Shown here one piece after another: positions 50,583 to 63,768 of a DNA stretch of 64,000 nt (position 1 is the first letter of the stretch; the number at the start of each line of letters is the position of its first letter). A model generated the notes under the pieces. It was given only the letters and a program-made list of their open reading frames with translations. It was not told where the DNA came from and did not search any database. The translations under genes and the position numbers were made by a program. The stretch comes from Octopus vulgaris (Eukaryota), in assembly GCA_951406725.2 (NCBI GenBank), contig OX597822.1, forward strand, positions 63,736,001 through 63,800,000, given 5' to 3'.

Positions 50583-51289
50583 TTACCTCTGGACATTCTT
50601 GTTGCTTATTTTGATTTTAATCACCTTATTTTGAAATTGTATGGATAATACCGTACTAAATTCTGGTGTCTCAACGTAAGTACCATATTTATCTGAATAT
50701 ATATATATATTTTCAATTATTCAGACTCCAATGTTGTTGGTCTATATCAGCAAGACTTGTATTATTTAGTAAAATTGATACAAAGAGTACAGTGAACTTG
50801 CTGCAGGGACTGAAAACTCTCCTGTCTCTCTCATTTATTTCTCTCCAGTCATCTCTTCCCTGAAGAAGGCCTATGTCTGAAACATTGGATTTTCCACTCC
50901 TCCCTGCATGTCCACTGTACTATTTTTTATCAATTTTATCAATCCCTGTACCAATGTTTGTTATTTGGGTGGTACCTTTTAAGCTTTGATGCAAAAGTAG
51001 CAGAAAACTTCACAGATTACACAAGCATAACAGTGCCACAACAAAGCTGAAATATTTTCCTTTTCACATGTTAAATTCTAAATTAAACGCTGAACCACAA
51101 CATTCCCATTGATTTTGTGTATTATTCCATATGTGTGTGTGTGTGTTGAAGGGGGTGGGGTGGTTGAAAGGAGCACGTACACACATAGATAGGCACACCT
51201 GTTTGAATGATACAATATCAAAAACACTTGGGTGTAACATGACATGCATTTTCTGAAGAGAGGGATAAGGTGAGGGATGTGAAAGAGAG

Positions 51290-51352
<63 letters not shown>

Positions 51353-51721
51353 AAAAAAGAAAGAAGTCAAAAGACAAACTGATAGAAAGATAGTGAGAGA
51401 AAGTGAAAGGGGAAGTGATAGCTTAGGGAGTGTACAATAAAAGATAGGATATATATATATATATATATATATACCATAGCTAGATTTAACTATGACTAAA
51501 ATTCATGTAAGCCAGTTAATTGAAATAAGTCGTTTGGAAGACGGTTGTAAGACTCACCATATTTAAGACATCTTTTTACAAAGTAGTAGAAGTAGTAGAA
51601 GTAGTAGTAGTAGTAGTATTTGTAGTAGTAGTAGTGAACAAAGGAAGCTTTCTCATGTGTATGATGTGGAGGCGTTGGTAGACAGCATACACGCGCACAC
51701 ACCACACGGGCCACAGCCTGT

Positions 51722-51834
51722 TTAGTAGTTGGGGTCGACAAACCCCATAGCATCCAGATGGGCTGGCAAATCTAAGTTTCTTTCAGTGAGCAACGGTAGA
51801 GAACTCAGCTTGCACATGAGCCCAGATGTGGTAT
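51722..51834 (-). CDS. Candidate alternative terminal exon of the netrin receptor
   Basis: Acceptor tctctctctcactatatgactttggacag; the phase-1 frame stays open for 36 codons (the other two stop earlier): (D)TTSGLMCKLSSLPLLTERNLDLPAHLDAMGFVDPNY*; phase matches donor 52945. Confidence 0.35.
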
Positions 51835-52479
51835 CTGTCCAAAGTCATATAGTGAGAGAGAGACTTAAGATGAGGAATTCATCTTTGGAATAACGGAGGA
51901 GAATATGGCTTTTATAATTAGGAAAAAATTATTTGAAAAAAAAAAAAATTTAATTAAATAAACCGAATCATCATGTATAAACAACTGAAATAATAGAAAG
52001 TCACAATAAGGGGTCATATAGGGACAAAGGGACAGAAAGAAAAAAATAAAAAGAAGAAAATGATTGACCCATAGGATGGAGGGAGTATGATGAAAATGGT
52101 TTTCCAAGGAAGGGTGGGTTAATGGAAAGACATGGGGGAAATTTAGTTGGAAGGGTTGGGGGGTTGGGTCAAAGAGTAGGTAAGAGAGAGAGAGAGAGAG
52201 AAAGAGAGACAGAGATAGAAAATAGATGAGGGTGAAGAGGTAGGAGTTGCATGAAGTGAATAAATGGACAAAGGTATCTAGTGACCGAAAACAGATGCCA
52301 CACAGTGAATGGTGAAGAGTGTTCAAGTGATTTTGTCAAAGATGACAATGAATAGTGGTCACAATATAGAACAATTTCTGGTGCAGGCCAGCAGGTGGCA
52401 CTCAAGAGAAATGGCATACATATACATACATACGTGTGTGTATGTAGATACATATATATATATACATACACACACACTC

Positions 52480-52765
52480 TTTTTAGGAATGGTGAGTCTT
52501 GAACCAGATAAAGCTATAAATAAAAGAGTGTAAATATTGGGTTAAAAGACCCCTTTTGGATGGAAAAAAATTGAAGGCTGCATGTGGGATCTGAAACCAT
52601 GTCTCCTGTAGACATGACCAGCATTCTAATAATGGTAGATGTGGACTTGGGTTGTCTGGTCAGCATTTGACATTTTCTATCCAAAAAGGGTTTTGTTTTT
52701 AACTCAAAATTTATATGCTAATATTTATAGCTTTGTCTGGTTCAAGATTTACCATTCCTAAAAAG
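52480..52765. mobile_element. Fold-back MITE with long TIRs
   Basis: CTTTTTAGGAATGGTGAGTCTTGAACCAGATAAAGCTATAAATA mirrored at the right end. Confidence 0.7.
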
Positions 52766-52807
52766 AATTATTTCATGTTCTCCAAGTTCCCAGATTCTTA
52801 CAACATG

Positions 52808-52852
<45 letters not shown>

Positions 52853-52954
52853 ACATACACACAAACATATATACACACATATGTAATTTATACAAATATA
52901 CATGTATGTATATATAGATATATATACACACATACGTATATTACCTGGCCTTAC

Positions 52955-53004
52955 ACGCAACAGAAAGTCACAATTCTCAGATGGGTTCTGGCCAGTTTCA
53001 GGCT
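52955..53004 (-). CDS. Candidate penultimate exon of the netrin receptor (alternative donor extends it to 52945)
   Basis: Acceptor (tta)n-catcactgtccattctttag; open frame (E)[16 protein letters not shown]; phase-0 donor CGT|GTAAGG fits the P3 exon; second donor CAG|GTAATA 10 nt on is phase 1. Homology not verified. Confidence 0.5.
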
Positions 53005-53024
53005 CTAAAGAATGGACAGTGATG

Positions 53025-53066
<42 letters not shown>

Positions 53067-54197
53067 TAATACAAAATAATAATAATAATAATAAATAATA
53101 GAATTAAATAAAGATCAGAAAACAGGGGTGTTAACTGAGAAAATAAGGAGGTTTACTGCCTGTGGCAGAGAGAGGTGGTGATGGTAGAGGCTGGCAGAGT
53201 ATAATAAAAGTGAGGGGGCAGGGAGGCGAATGGATTGGTGTGACTGGTGTGGAAAGATGAAGGGGAGGATCGATACTGTTAAACTGGGTAAAGGGTGGAC
53301 TGATGGGGGGGGGGGGGGGGTACAAAGGTGGATGGGAAGGAATTAGGATAGAAAAAAAGGAGTGCAAAGAGAAAAAGGTGGGATAGGTAAGAGGAAACCA
53401 AACATTGTGGAACAGAAAATTAGAAAATTATGAGTGGAAGACAGGGAGGATGAAGATATTAAATGAGATCAAAAAGATTTTTAGAAAAGAAAATGATCGT
53501 AAAAAAATATAAATATATATAATAAAAAGAAAATCATTGGAGTTGGGCAAGGGGTGTAAAAGGGGTGGTGGTGCATATAATAACAAAAGTTGAAGAACAA
53601 AGTCAGAAAATATATCATATAAACATCGGTTAAGTTTAATAGATTATTTATTATTATCAATGCTACTACTAACTAACAAGGACATTGAATATTCCATTTA
53701 AAAATGATTATCACATTTATTGATAAGTATCAACAACAAATATCATAATAAAATAGTTTGAAAAACTACATAAACATACACACACACAAATACATACATG
53801 TGCATATATAAATGTTCGTATGAGTGTATGTATGTATGTGTGTGTGTACATTGGTAGTCTTAGCAGTGGAAGTAGAATGTAAAGAAGGAATATGTAACAA
53901 ATATACTGTTTAAGTTAATGAATTAATTGATGTTTAACGTAGAGACAAAGAGCAGAGCAAGAAAAGTTTCGTTATTACATTTAAACCAGGAAGTGTAAAT
54001 ATATATATTTGAGATGTCACAATGTGAAATGAAATAAAATAGAATTTTTTTTAAAAAATGCCCTAATAATAATTCATTCATAAAAATTTATCGAGCTAAA
54101 TTTACATTGTAAGTATATTTTGTTTAATCAAGCTACCAGATTGAATTTTTAAAATATTAGCATATTTAATAACAGCTCATGTAATAATAATAATAAT

Positions 54198-54628
54198 CAT
54201 TTCTACCATACACACAAGGCCTGAAATTTTAGGGAGGTGGGGATAGCTGATTACATTAACCCCAGTACTCAACTGGTACTTATTTTATAGACCACGAAAG
54301 GATGAAAGGCAAAATGACCATCGTGGAATTTGAACTCAGAACGTAAGGGCAGTAAGCATTTTGCAAGGCATGCTAACAATTTTGCCAGTTCACCACCTTA
54401 ATAATAATAATAATAATAATAACTGTCTGCTATAGGCACAAGGCCTAAAATTTGGGGGGAGGGAACTAGTCGATTACATCTATCTTAGTGTTTCCCTGGT
54501 ACTTTTGTAATCGACCCCCAAAGGATGAAACGCAAAGTTAACCTTGGCGGAATTTGAACTCAGAACACAAGGTTAGGTGCAATGCTATTTTGCCCAGCAT
54601 GCTAACAATTCTGCCAGCTCACCACCTT
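54198..54628 (-). mobile_element. SINE family B, two tandem copies
   Basis: Same core, separated by (AAT)n. Confidence 0.8.
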
Positions 54629-56005
54629 AACCCATATTAACCCACTGTCCTTGTATAAGGACAGTTGTATTTGGTTTATTTACTGCAATAAAGGTTAACT
54701 ATAAACTTCCATATGTTTGTTATCCCTACTTATATAACTTTCTTCAAAATTTTGACAAGATCAACCTGGGTTAAAATGGGCTAATAATAATTATAATAGT
54801 ATGCAGTATGTTATAACAGCTGCAGGTTTCCCAAGTTTAGGGTATGTACCCAGTGTTTGGCAGCAGGAAAGATATCTGCCCCAGAAAGCCCATTCAATCC
54901 ATGTCAGCATGGAAGAGTGGATGTAAAACGACGACGACAATGATGATGATTATGATTAATACATGCAAATTAGTTTTGGTAATAATACCACTGTATCTAT
55001 AACAGTTTCTGGAATAATAGCCATGTACAGAGTAGTGATTGTAAATGTACTTCTGTACATGATAATTATCATAAATAATACATGTATGTATAATAAAAGG
55101 TCTTGTAATTTAGTTTGCAGAGTCTGTCAATAATGAACGGTTTTCTAATATTCGTTTTGAATTTTGAGACAAGGCCAGCAAGCTTGGGGGAGGGGGGGCC
55201 AGTTGATTAGATCGACCCCAGTATGTAACTGGTACTTGTTTTATTGATCCTCGAAAGGATGAAAAGCAAAGTCAACCTTGGTGGAATTTGGAACTCAGAA
55301 TGTAAAGACAAATGAAATGTTGTTTAGTGTGCTGCCCAGCATGCTAACAACTCTGCCAGCTTTTGCTGCCTTCAATGGTTTTGTAATATCAATAATATGC
55401 ATTGGAAGATACTGGTACCATATAAGGTATATAACTTAATTGACTTGTCTAATAACATTAAAATTACCAAGATATATATATTATCAGGCATGTGCCGTGA
55501 GTAATTACTCAGAGGAGGCAGTTGGTGACCTTTATGTAGTAAACACATACAAAAAAATAAGCGAAACACAGGCATGTGACTGAGTTGGAGGCAGATTTAC
55601 TTCTGCCTTTATGGAGCATAAAGAAAATATAGTTGTAGGAATGTACGCAGCATGTGTACTACAGTTGTACTGTGTGTAGCTTAAATACTGAAATTGAAAG
55701 GAGGAGTGAATTATGACAACCTAATCTACAAAAAAAAAAAAATAATAATTTTGTATTTTATGCATAATAATCAGAGTAACCTTCATAATTTTAGTGAATT
55801 AGGTGCATATTTTGCCATAAAATGAAAATGTTACTATTGGTCTATTTCATTCAGGGTAGGCATTGTCTACCTTGCCTACCCAGGCGGCACGTCCTTGATA
55901 TATATATATATATAAATAAACAAAAAAAAAAACCCCAACAAAAACCCCAGCCACATCGTAGAACAAAATTAGTGCAACTTGAATTTAATAAGTCATTCTT
56001 GTTGG

Positions 56006-56802
56006 TTAACCCTTTTGACATCAACCTGGTTGAAACCACCTCTGGCTCTGCAGTACAAATGTCTTGTTTTCATAAGTTTTGAATTTTTAATGATAACTGA
56101 GTTATTATACTAAATTCTTTATTATATTTAAAATTAATTGAAAAAAACACAGAACATCTCAGCAGAAATATGGTAACAAAAAGGGTCAAAATATACAGAG
56201 AAGCAATTCTTAACCTTTTGATACCAACCCGACTCGAAACTGCCTCTGGCACTGTAGTACAAATGTCTTGATTTCATAAGTTTTGAATTAAAATCTTCCA
56301 CCAAACCTTAGTCACAATTTATGTCCCTAACACCAGCTGAATGACAACTAAGTTATTTTACTAAATTCATTGTTATATTTAAAATTAATTGAAAGAAACA
56401 CAGAGCATCTCAACAGAAATATGGTAACGAAAGGGTCAAAATATACAGAGAAGCAATTCTTAACCCTTTTGATACCAACCTGGCGGAAACCAGCTCTGGT
56501 TCTGTAGTACAAAAGTCTTGTTTTCATATGTTCTGAATTAAAATCTTTTACCAAACCTTAGTCACAATTTATGTTCCTAACACCAGCTGAATGGTAACTA
56601 AGTTACTTTACTAAATTCTTTGTTATATTTAAAATTAATTGAAAGAAACACAGAACATCTTAACAGAAATATGGTAACAAAAGGATCAAAATATATTCCT
56701 AACACTAGCTGAATGATAACTAAGTAAATTCTTTGTTATATTTAAAATTAATTGAAAGAAACACAGAGCATCTCAAAATAAATACAGTAATGAAAGGGTT
56801 AA
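56006..56802 (-). mobile_element. About four (partly deleted) tandem copies of the same TTAA MITE
   Basis: TTAACCC start, GGGTTAA end; same inter-unit spacer as the 13 kb array. Confidence 0.75.
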
Positions 56803-58262
56803 ACTGTTAAATGGTAGAAATAATTTCTTTCATGACTCTCACTGTTTTATCCTAATATCTGCCTAATCTTCCAAACTGAGAGTCTCGATCATTATATACG
56901 TCAATTACCATTACTTACAAGTTAGTCTTTGTTTTGAAGCTTTACCTAATTCTACTCCACCCCCCAAACACACACAACAGTTGTATTTTCATCAACATCA
57001 TTCGTTCAATGAAGAGAACTGTACCCCCCCCCCCCCAGCTTTTGTGAACAAACCTACAGCCCAAGTAAGACATTCAACAAGATGTTACCTACTCTGCAGT
57101 CAGCATGTTACATGCACAGTAGCCAATTACAAATGAGGTGACAGATTAGAATTCACAAGACAAGGCAAGTTGATATGAGGTAGATACAACGTGGACATCT
57201 AGGTTGTTGAATTGTTGAATTGGAGCGATCCACAAGTAGGTAACATTGTAAAGCAGATCTTCAGCATCAATGGACAAATGGTTGTGTGTGCGTGTCTGTA
57301 TGTGCAACTTTCTATTTATATCTATCTCTCTATGTATGCCAATGAATATATTTATAAAATTAGAAAGGTTTTCAACTCAATTTCTTTGTTTATAAGGCAT
57401 ATCTGTAAATGTAGCTCTTCCATATGGTCCTTCATACTGTATTTTATATATTTATAATTCAAAATGGATAATTCCTTAACACAACATATATATATATATA
57501 TTCTACTCTTTCTATCCAAAAGAGATTTTTCAACCCACTATTTGCTTATTATTATTTATAGCTTTATGTGCTTCAAGGTCCATTGGTCTAAAAACAAATT
57601 ATTTCATGTTCTCAAAAGTTTATAAATTCTTACGACATTAACAATTATATATGTATATATATGGAAGTTAATGGGGAACATAGGTGTTGCATTATGAAAT
57701 TCTACATTACAGGACTATTTTCAGAAATACAATGTTTCCATATGGGGGATACCTTTATTATGCATAATAATACATACAGAGAACAGGTGAACTCGAGGTC
57801 TCAATATGATTCTCTATTGTCAACATGCCCTGGTTCAGTATATAAGTGCTTCCTTTGCATATCTGCATATTATCTTCCAAGAACCTTGCCGAATATCACC
57901 ATTTACAGGCTTTCAGAGAGTAAGTCCTGACTTGTGGCCAGGATAGTGCATACTGTAAGGTGCCAAGCCTGAGCCACTTTTTGTTCACTAGATGATTAAC
58001 ATTATATATATATATGTATATACACACACACACACTTTATTTGTAGATTACTAAGGCAACCAATGGCTTCATGTGAAGATCTCTTCACAAGTCCAAATAC
58101 ATCACATTGAAGTGTTGGTACTCCTTTCCATTTTGGATGAGAATACTGAAAACTATTCCTATATTACCAGAGAAAGTCTACAACAAGCAACTGATATATA
58201 TATATATATATCCACACACACATGTATATAATGTATGTATGTGTAGTCATTCCAAGATACAT

Positions 58263-58645
58263 ACTCTTCTTCCTTGTCTAAATCATTTGACTGCAGCCAT
58301 GCTGGAACACCACCATTAGTCAAACAAATCAACCCCAGTGCTTTTCCTTTGTAAGCCCAGTACTTATTCTATCGGGGTCTTTTTGTCGAATTGCTAAGTT
58401 ATGGGGGGATATAAACACACCAACATCAGTTGTCAAGCGATGGTGATAACAAGTACATACATATATATATATATACATACATACAATGGTCTTCTTTCAG
58501 CTTCCATCTACCAAATCCACTTACAAGGCCTTGGTTGACCCAAGGCTATAATAGAAGATACTTGCTCCGGGTGCCACGCAGTGAGACTGAACCCAATATC
58601 GTGTGGTTGGGAAGCAAGCTTTTTACCACACAGCCACCCCTGTAC
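58263..58645 (-). mobile_element. SINE family A, diverged
   Basis: Reverse complement of the family A consensus. Confidence 0.8.
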
Positions 58646-60415
58646 CTAGTCACTCATATTTTTATACAAACACACTAAACATACATTAAGCAGATGCATA
58701 TGTAAGTGGAAAGCTAATATCCTAATGTGTTAAACCTTTTGTCCAAATTGTTATATTATTATCATAAAGTTTGTAATTACGGAAAATGTTAGTTGAAGCC
58801 TCCAGTGTGTGCATTGAAGTTAGTACGTGCGAATCTGTGAGTTAATAATGTGTCTGTGAGAGAGTGTATAGGTTCGGTATATGAGGAGGGAGTGGTGAAC
58901 ATGCTATCAGATGGAAGGCAGCACTAATTCTAAATGAAATCATTTCTGCTGAAGAATGATACAGCAACAACACTATATGTATGTATGCATATATATATAT
59001 ATATGAACAATTTGAGGAAGCAAAAAAAAAAAAAGAAAAAACAGTCTCAAAACAAACCTAGCATGCTTTCAATAATTCTTCATATACGATTCCATGTATA
59101 AACTATTTCACACTTAAAATATGAAATTAGAAATATAATATAAGAATGACATTGGTGCCAAGTGGCCCAGTGGTAAGAGCGTTTGGCTCCTGATCGAAAG
59201 GTCGTGAGTTCAGTTCCTGGACAGGGTAGCATGCTGTCACGAACAAGGAATTTCATTTTGCAGTGCTGAAATCTTAGGTATAAATGAATGCCAGTGGGGA
59301 TGCAGCTCTCTCTCATTCCAGCTTTCACAACCTGGATGTTCCATTGGGCCAAAGGTGAGAGGTCAGCAAGGCTATCTAAGCCTGCTCATGGCTAACATAG
59401 GTATCTAAAGCAATTAGTGAAAGCATGGTACATGCCACCAAGTTATATGTGTTTGCGAGTGATAGTCAGCTGTACTTTCATATTGGTGAATAGTTATTTA
59501 TTGATGTAGGTGTAAAGATATTCCAAATTAGTGATTGAAGAAATGGTAGGAATGCACAACCAAAGATTGTCAGAAGAAATTTGTTTCTGGTTGTATTTTT
59601 ATTATTTTTCTTTCTCTTTGGTTTATTTAGAAGGAGAACAGTGCAAATAATTTTTCGCGTTTTTTTTTTTGTCTTGGCATGACTTCTGAGGCTATTGTGG
59701 GGTAAGAGAGAAAGATGATAGATCAATAGATACTCTGCCATCTCTTTTAATTAAGACATAATTATGAGAGAACACTTGATATTCATACCTTCAAAGAGGT
59801 CAAGAGAAAGTGTTTCCAGCTTCATGCATTAGTTTATACCATAGAGAAATTTTGGGTAGAGAAACATTATCAATAGCGTTGTAGTTTTCTAAGTTTTTAC
59901 ATCGAATCATTATTAAATGACCCCTGTTAGTCCAGAAAAACATGTAATTTGGCATGGGTCTGGAACCAAGGATGATGGACAGTTGGTGGTGTACTTATAT
60001 CAAGTTAACTTCAGACCAGAAACTTAGTTTGAATGCTTACAACACAAACCTGGTGATAGATTAAATAAACAGAACTAAAATAAGCAAACAATATATAAAG
60101 CGAATGAAGGAGATAAATTTGCTGGTTTAAATTTTCATTTCACCTTTAACTATAATGATTTGAGATGAAGACCGAATGTGAGGTTGTTAATTTTGCTTAG
60201 GTGATTCTTATAACAACAACAACAACAACGAAAGTAATATCATTATTCAAATCTTTGGTGGAGGAAGGGAAAGTGTCCAAGAAGTTTGTGGTACACATGC
60301 CCTTCTCAGAGGAGTTAGCACAGTATGTCATAAGGTTAGGATTAGGAATCAAATTGGATTGGTAAATGAAATACTTCCAGTTCAAATTTACAATATGATA
60401 ATAATAATAATAATG

Positions 60416-61140
60416 ATTTCAAATTTTGGCACAAGGCCAGCAATTTTGGGTGAGAGGGTAAATCATTTACCTAAAACCCATTACTCTACTGGTACTTATT
60501 TTATCAACTCTGAATAGATGAAGGGCAAAGATGACCTCGGTGGAATTTGAACTCAGAACATGAAGATGAATGAAATACTGCTAAGCATTTGGCCCAGCAT
60601 GCTAATGATTCTGCCAGCTCACGGCCTTAATAATATTAATAATAATAATCCTTTCAGCTAGGGGCACAAGGCCTGCAATTTTAGAGGAGGGGAGTAGTCG
60701 ATTACAACAACCCCAGTGTTTCATTGCTACTTAATTTATTGACCCCGAAAAGATGAAAGGCAAAGCTGACCTTGGCGGAATTTGAACTCAGAGTGTAAAG
60801 ATGGACAAAATGCTGTAAAGCATTTTGCCCAGCGTGCCAACGATTCTGCCAGCGGACCACCTCAATATAATAATAATCATAATAATCTTTTCTACTACAG
60901 GTAAAAAGCCTGAAATTTTGGAGGAGGAGGGGAGGGTCTACTTGATTACATCAACACCTGTACTTGACTGGTATTTATTTCATTGACCCTGTGACTTTCG
61001 CGGAATTTGAACTCAGAATGAAAAGACAAGAGAGTGCCTTAATTATAATACCAGTAGTAATTTCTTTTTATTTCTGGCACATAGCCAGACCCCAGTACTT
61101 GAGTGATATTTTATCAACCCCAAAAGGATGAAAGGCAAGT
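60416..61140 (-). mobile_element. SINE family B, three to four tandem copies
   Basis: Same core, separated by (AAT)n. Confidence 0.8.
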
Positions 61141-62670
61141 TTGTCATATGTAGTCTATGGTACAATATCTATGTAGTTAAGCACATTCTTTCTTGGTGGT
61201 TTTTACTGCTGATTCGAACTTAAATCTTTTGGAGTATAATTCAATTGTTTATTCACATTGCTTTGAATTAATCTTGCATTATCCTTGAGCTTTGAGATTT
61301 TGATGATACGATTGTTTATTCCTAGAATGGCATTGTAGGATGGTGTCAGACGCTGGTTCTGGACAGTTTTAAATTAAAAGTAGGTAGAATATTTGCATCA
61401 GACATGACCAGTTTAAACACTAAAAGTTTAAAGGCTTTTTTTATTAAATATGATATTAAATAAACAATTGTTCTAATGCTAAAATCCTGTATTGGCCCCA
61501 TAGTTTGATGGAATTGAATAAGAATAAAAAAAATGAAAAAGTTTCTTATTGAAGTAACAGGTTATATGAAACAAAATGTTAAGTGAACAATGGCATGCAA
61601 AACACTGGGTCAAATCAAACCGATACATGTTGAAGATTCTCGATCATGTTAGAATTACAAGATAGGGGTTTGAGTAATTTAAACAAATGTGATAATGTAA
61701 AAATCAAAGACTAGCATGAAAAAATGTTGGATGCTATTGAAGAAAGATAGTGAGAGAGGGATGGTGGGGATGAGGATAAAGATGTAACAAAAAGAAAAAA
61801 AAATTACACCATAGTAAAAAGATGAGATGGTTGAAATAAAAATTTCAAATTATAGAAGTAAAAATAGGATTTTTAGCTTCGTATATTATCATATTTGATG
61901 GCACACAAGACGCATATTTTTTCCAAAAAAAAATCACCCTGGGTCCTTTATGTTAAGTTGGGCCTATATTACATGCTTTGATGCATTAAAAACTTGAGGT
62001 GCATTTAATATGTGGGTGAAATAGGGGTGTGTTTAATATGCCCATGCATCTTTTATGCCATCGAAAATGGTAGGTTGAAATTAAGATAATACCATTAAAA
62101 TGTTATAAAATATTAAATGGAACAGCAAATACATAGGATTGGTTTTAGACATGGAAGAAAATGAAAAAAAAATTTATATTTCGAGATTTAAAAAAAAAAA
62201 TTCAATTGGAAAGAATATACTTAGCTACATAGGTATTGTATCACATATGTAAACTCACTCATCACATAAATAAACACCACTCATTTTTATTTCATTTTGC
62301 TCTGTATTTTGTAACTTTTATTTAGATGTGGCTGTGTGGTAAGAAGTTTGCTTTCCAAACACATGGTTCTAGGTTCAGTCCCACTGTTAGAGATAGCAGC
62401 AATATCTCTGCTAGCAATATGCATAGACTCACAGTGCCCATACATACATACATTACAGCAAATGCTGAACACAGAACAGGAAGCTATGGAACTTTCAACA
62501 AGAATGCTACTAATAACGTAAAATAGTTGGTTTGTTCTTTACCATAAAATAACCAACAGCAACTAAGTGCATTGGGTTACAGACAAAACATAATTGGTTG
62601 GCACTGCATGAAACATTGACCTCACAACTACTTCCATGGTTGCTTTTTTAAATTTTTTTTCTCTTCATTA

Positions 62671-63033
62671 TTTGTTTCAGTCATTTGACTGTAGCCATGC
62701 TGGAGCACCGCCTTTAGTCGAACAATTCAACCCCAGGTCTTATTCTTTGTAAGCCTAGTACTTATTCTATCGGACTCTTTTGCTGAACCGCTAAGTTACA
62801 GGGACGTAAACACACCAACAACGGTTGTCAAGCGATAATGGGGGGACAAACAGACACACACACACACATACATATATACACATACACGGCGGGCTTCTTT
62901 CAGCTTCCATCTACCAAATCCACTCACAAGGCTATAGTAGAAGACACTTACCCAAGGTGCCATGCAGTGGGACTGAACCCGCAGCCATGTGGTTGGTAAG
63001 CAAGCTACTTACCACACAGTCCCTCCTGCACCT
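62671..63033 (-). mobile_element. SINE family A
   Basis: Reverse complement of the family A consensus. Confidence 0.85.
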
Positions 63034-63351
63034 ATCTTAATAATTTATTCATAACCTACATATTTTTTTTTCATTTATAACATACAAGTTCCTTTAACAG
63101 TTTTCCCTTCTATATTTTTGTTTCTTTTCATAGGTTGGAAAATTCTGCAAAATTCACACATTTCTTAAGAAATCAAGAAGAGCAGAGTAAGTTGTTCTTT
63201 CTTGGTGTGATGAAAAAGAAAATGAGCATAAGCAGTACTTATTCTTAGACAGTTGAATTTATGTGTAGTGTCTGCCGAAAAATGGGCTGGAATCAAATAC
63301 TTCAATTCCTGTGTTTCAATATATAAAATATTATGGAAGACAGTTTAATAA

Positions 63352-63397
<46 letters not shown>

Positions 63398-63600
63398 CAA
63401 TAAGAAAATGGAGGGGATCAATAGGTGGTTCATCAACTTTTAGACATTATATTATGTCAACTTATTTATTTACTAAAATGACAATTACAAGAATATACAT
63501 ACATGTATAACATATGATGCTTTACATATAAAATATATTAATATATAAAGATACCAGTAATTATTAAAATATAATATACAGGAATATAAATTGGGAAAAT

Positions 63601-63724
63601 ATCTTACAGCTGTTTCGGCCAAGAAGCAAAAATATCTAATTCTACCTTTATTTCTCCAGTACACTGAAGTAATAAGTAGCTGAAATTGAGGTACTTGGGT
63701 ATTCCTCTAGGCTTTGACAGAGAT
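63601..63724 (-). ncRNA. Degenerate hammerhead motif (Penelope pLTR-like)
   Basis: On -: atct-CTGtcaA-agcc...ggcc-GAAA-CAGCTG-TA-agat; perfect 4-bp stem I and the same CAGCTG loop as the 3960 copy, but the CUGANGA box has two substitutions. Confidence 0.4.
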
Positions 63725-63729
63725 TTTAG

Positions 63730-63768
<39 letters not shown>

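Larger units (their letters stand above)
50166..50615. mobile_element. ~450-bp fold-back element, probably inverted Penelope pLTR pair
   Basis: ~220-bp near-perfect inverted arms, centre near 50400, ~20-bp extra segment in the left arm; each arm carries a hammerhead-like core. Confidence 0.7.

Noticed and set aside
53131-53367. Pro-rich ORF resembling a receptor cytoplasmic tail
   Set aside because: C-rich low-complexity sequence, no convincing donor, no recognisable P1/P2 motif.
59155-59230. tRNA-like sequence with A and B boxes
   Set aside because: Acceptor stem does not close and it continues into a SINE-like body; same for the 22531 and family A heads.
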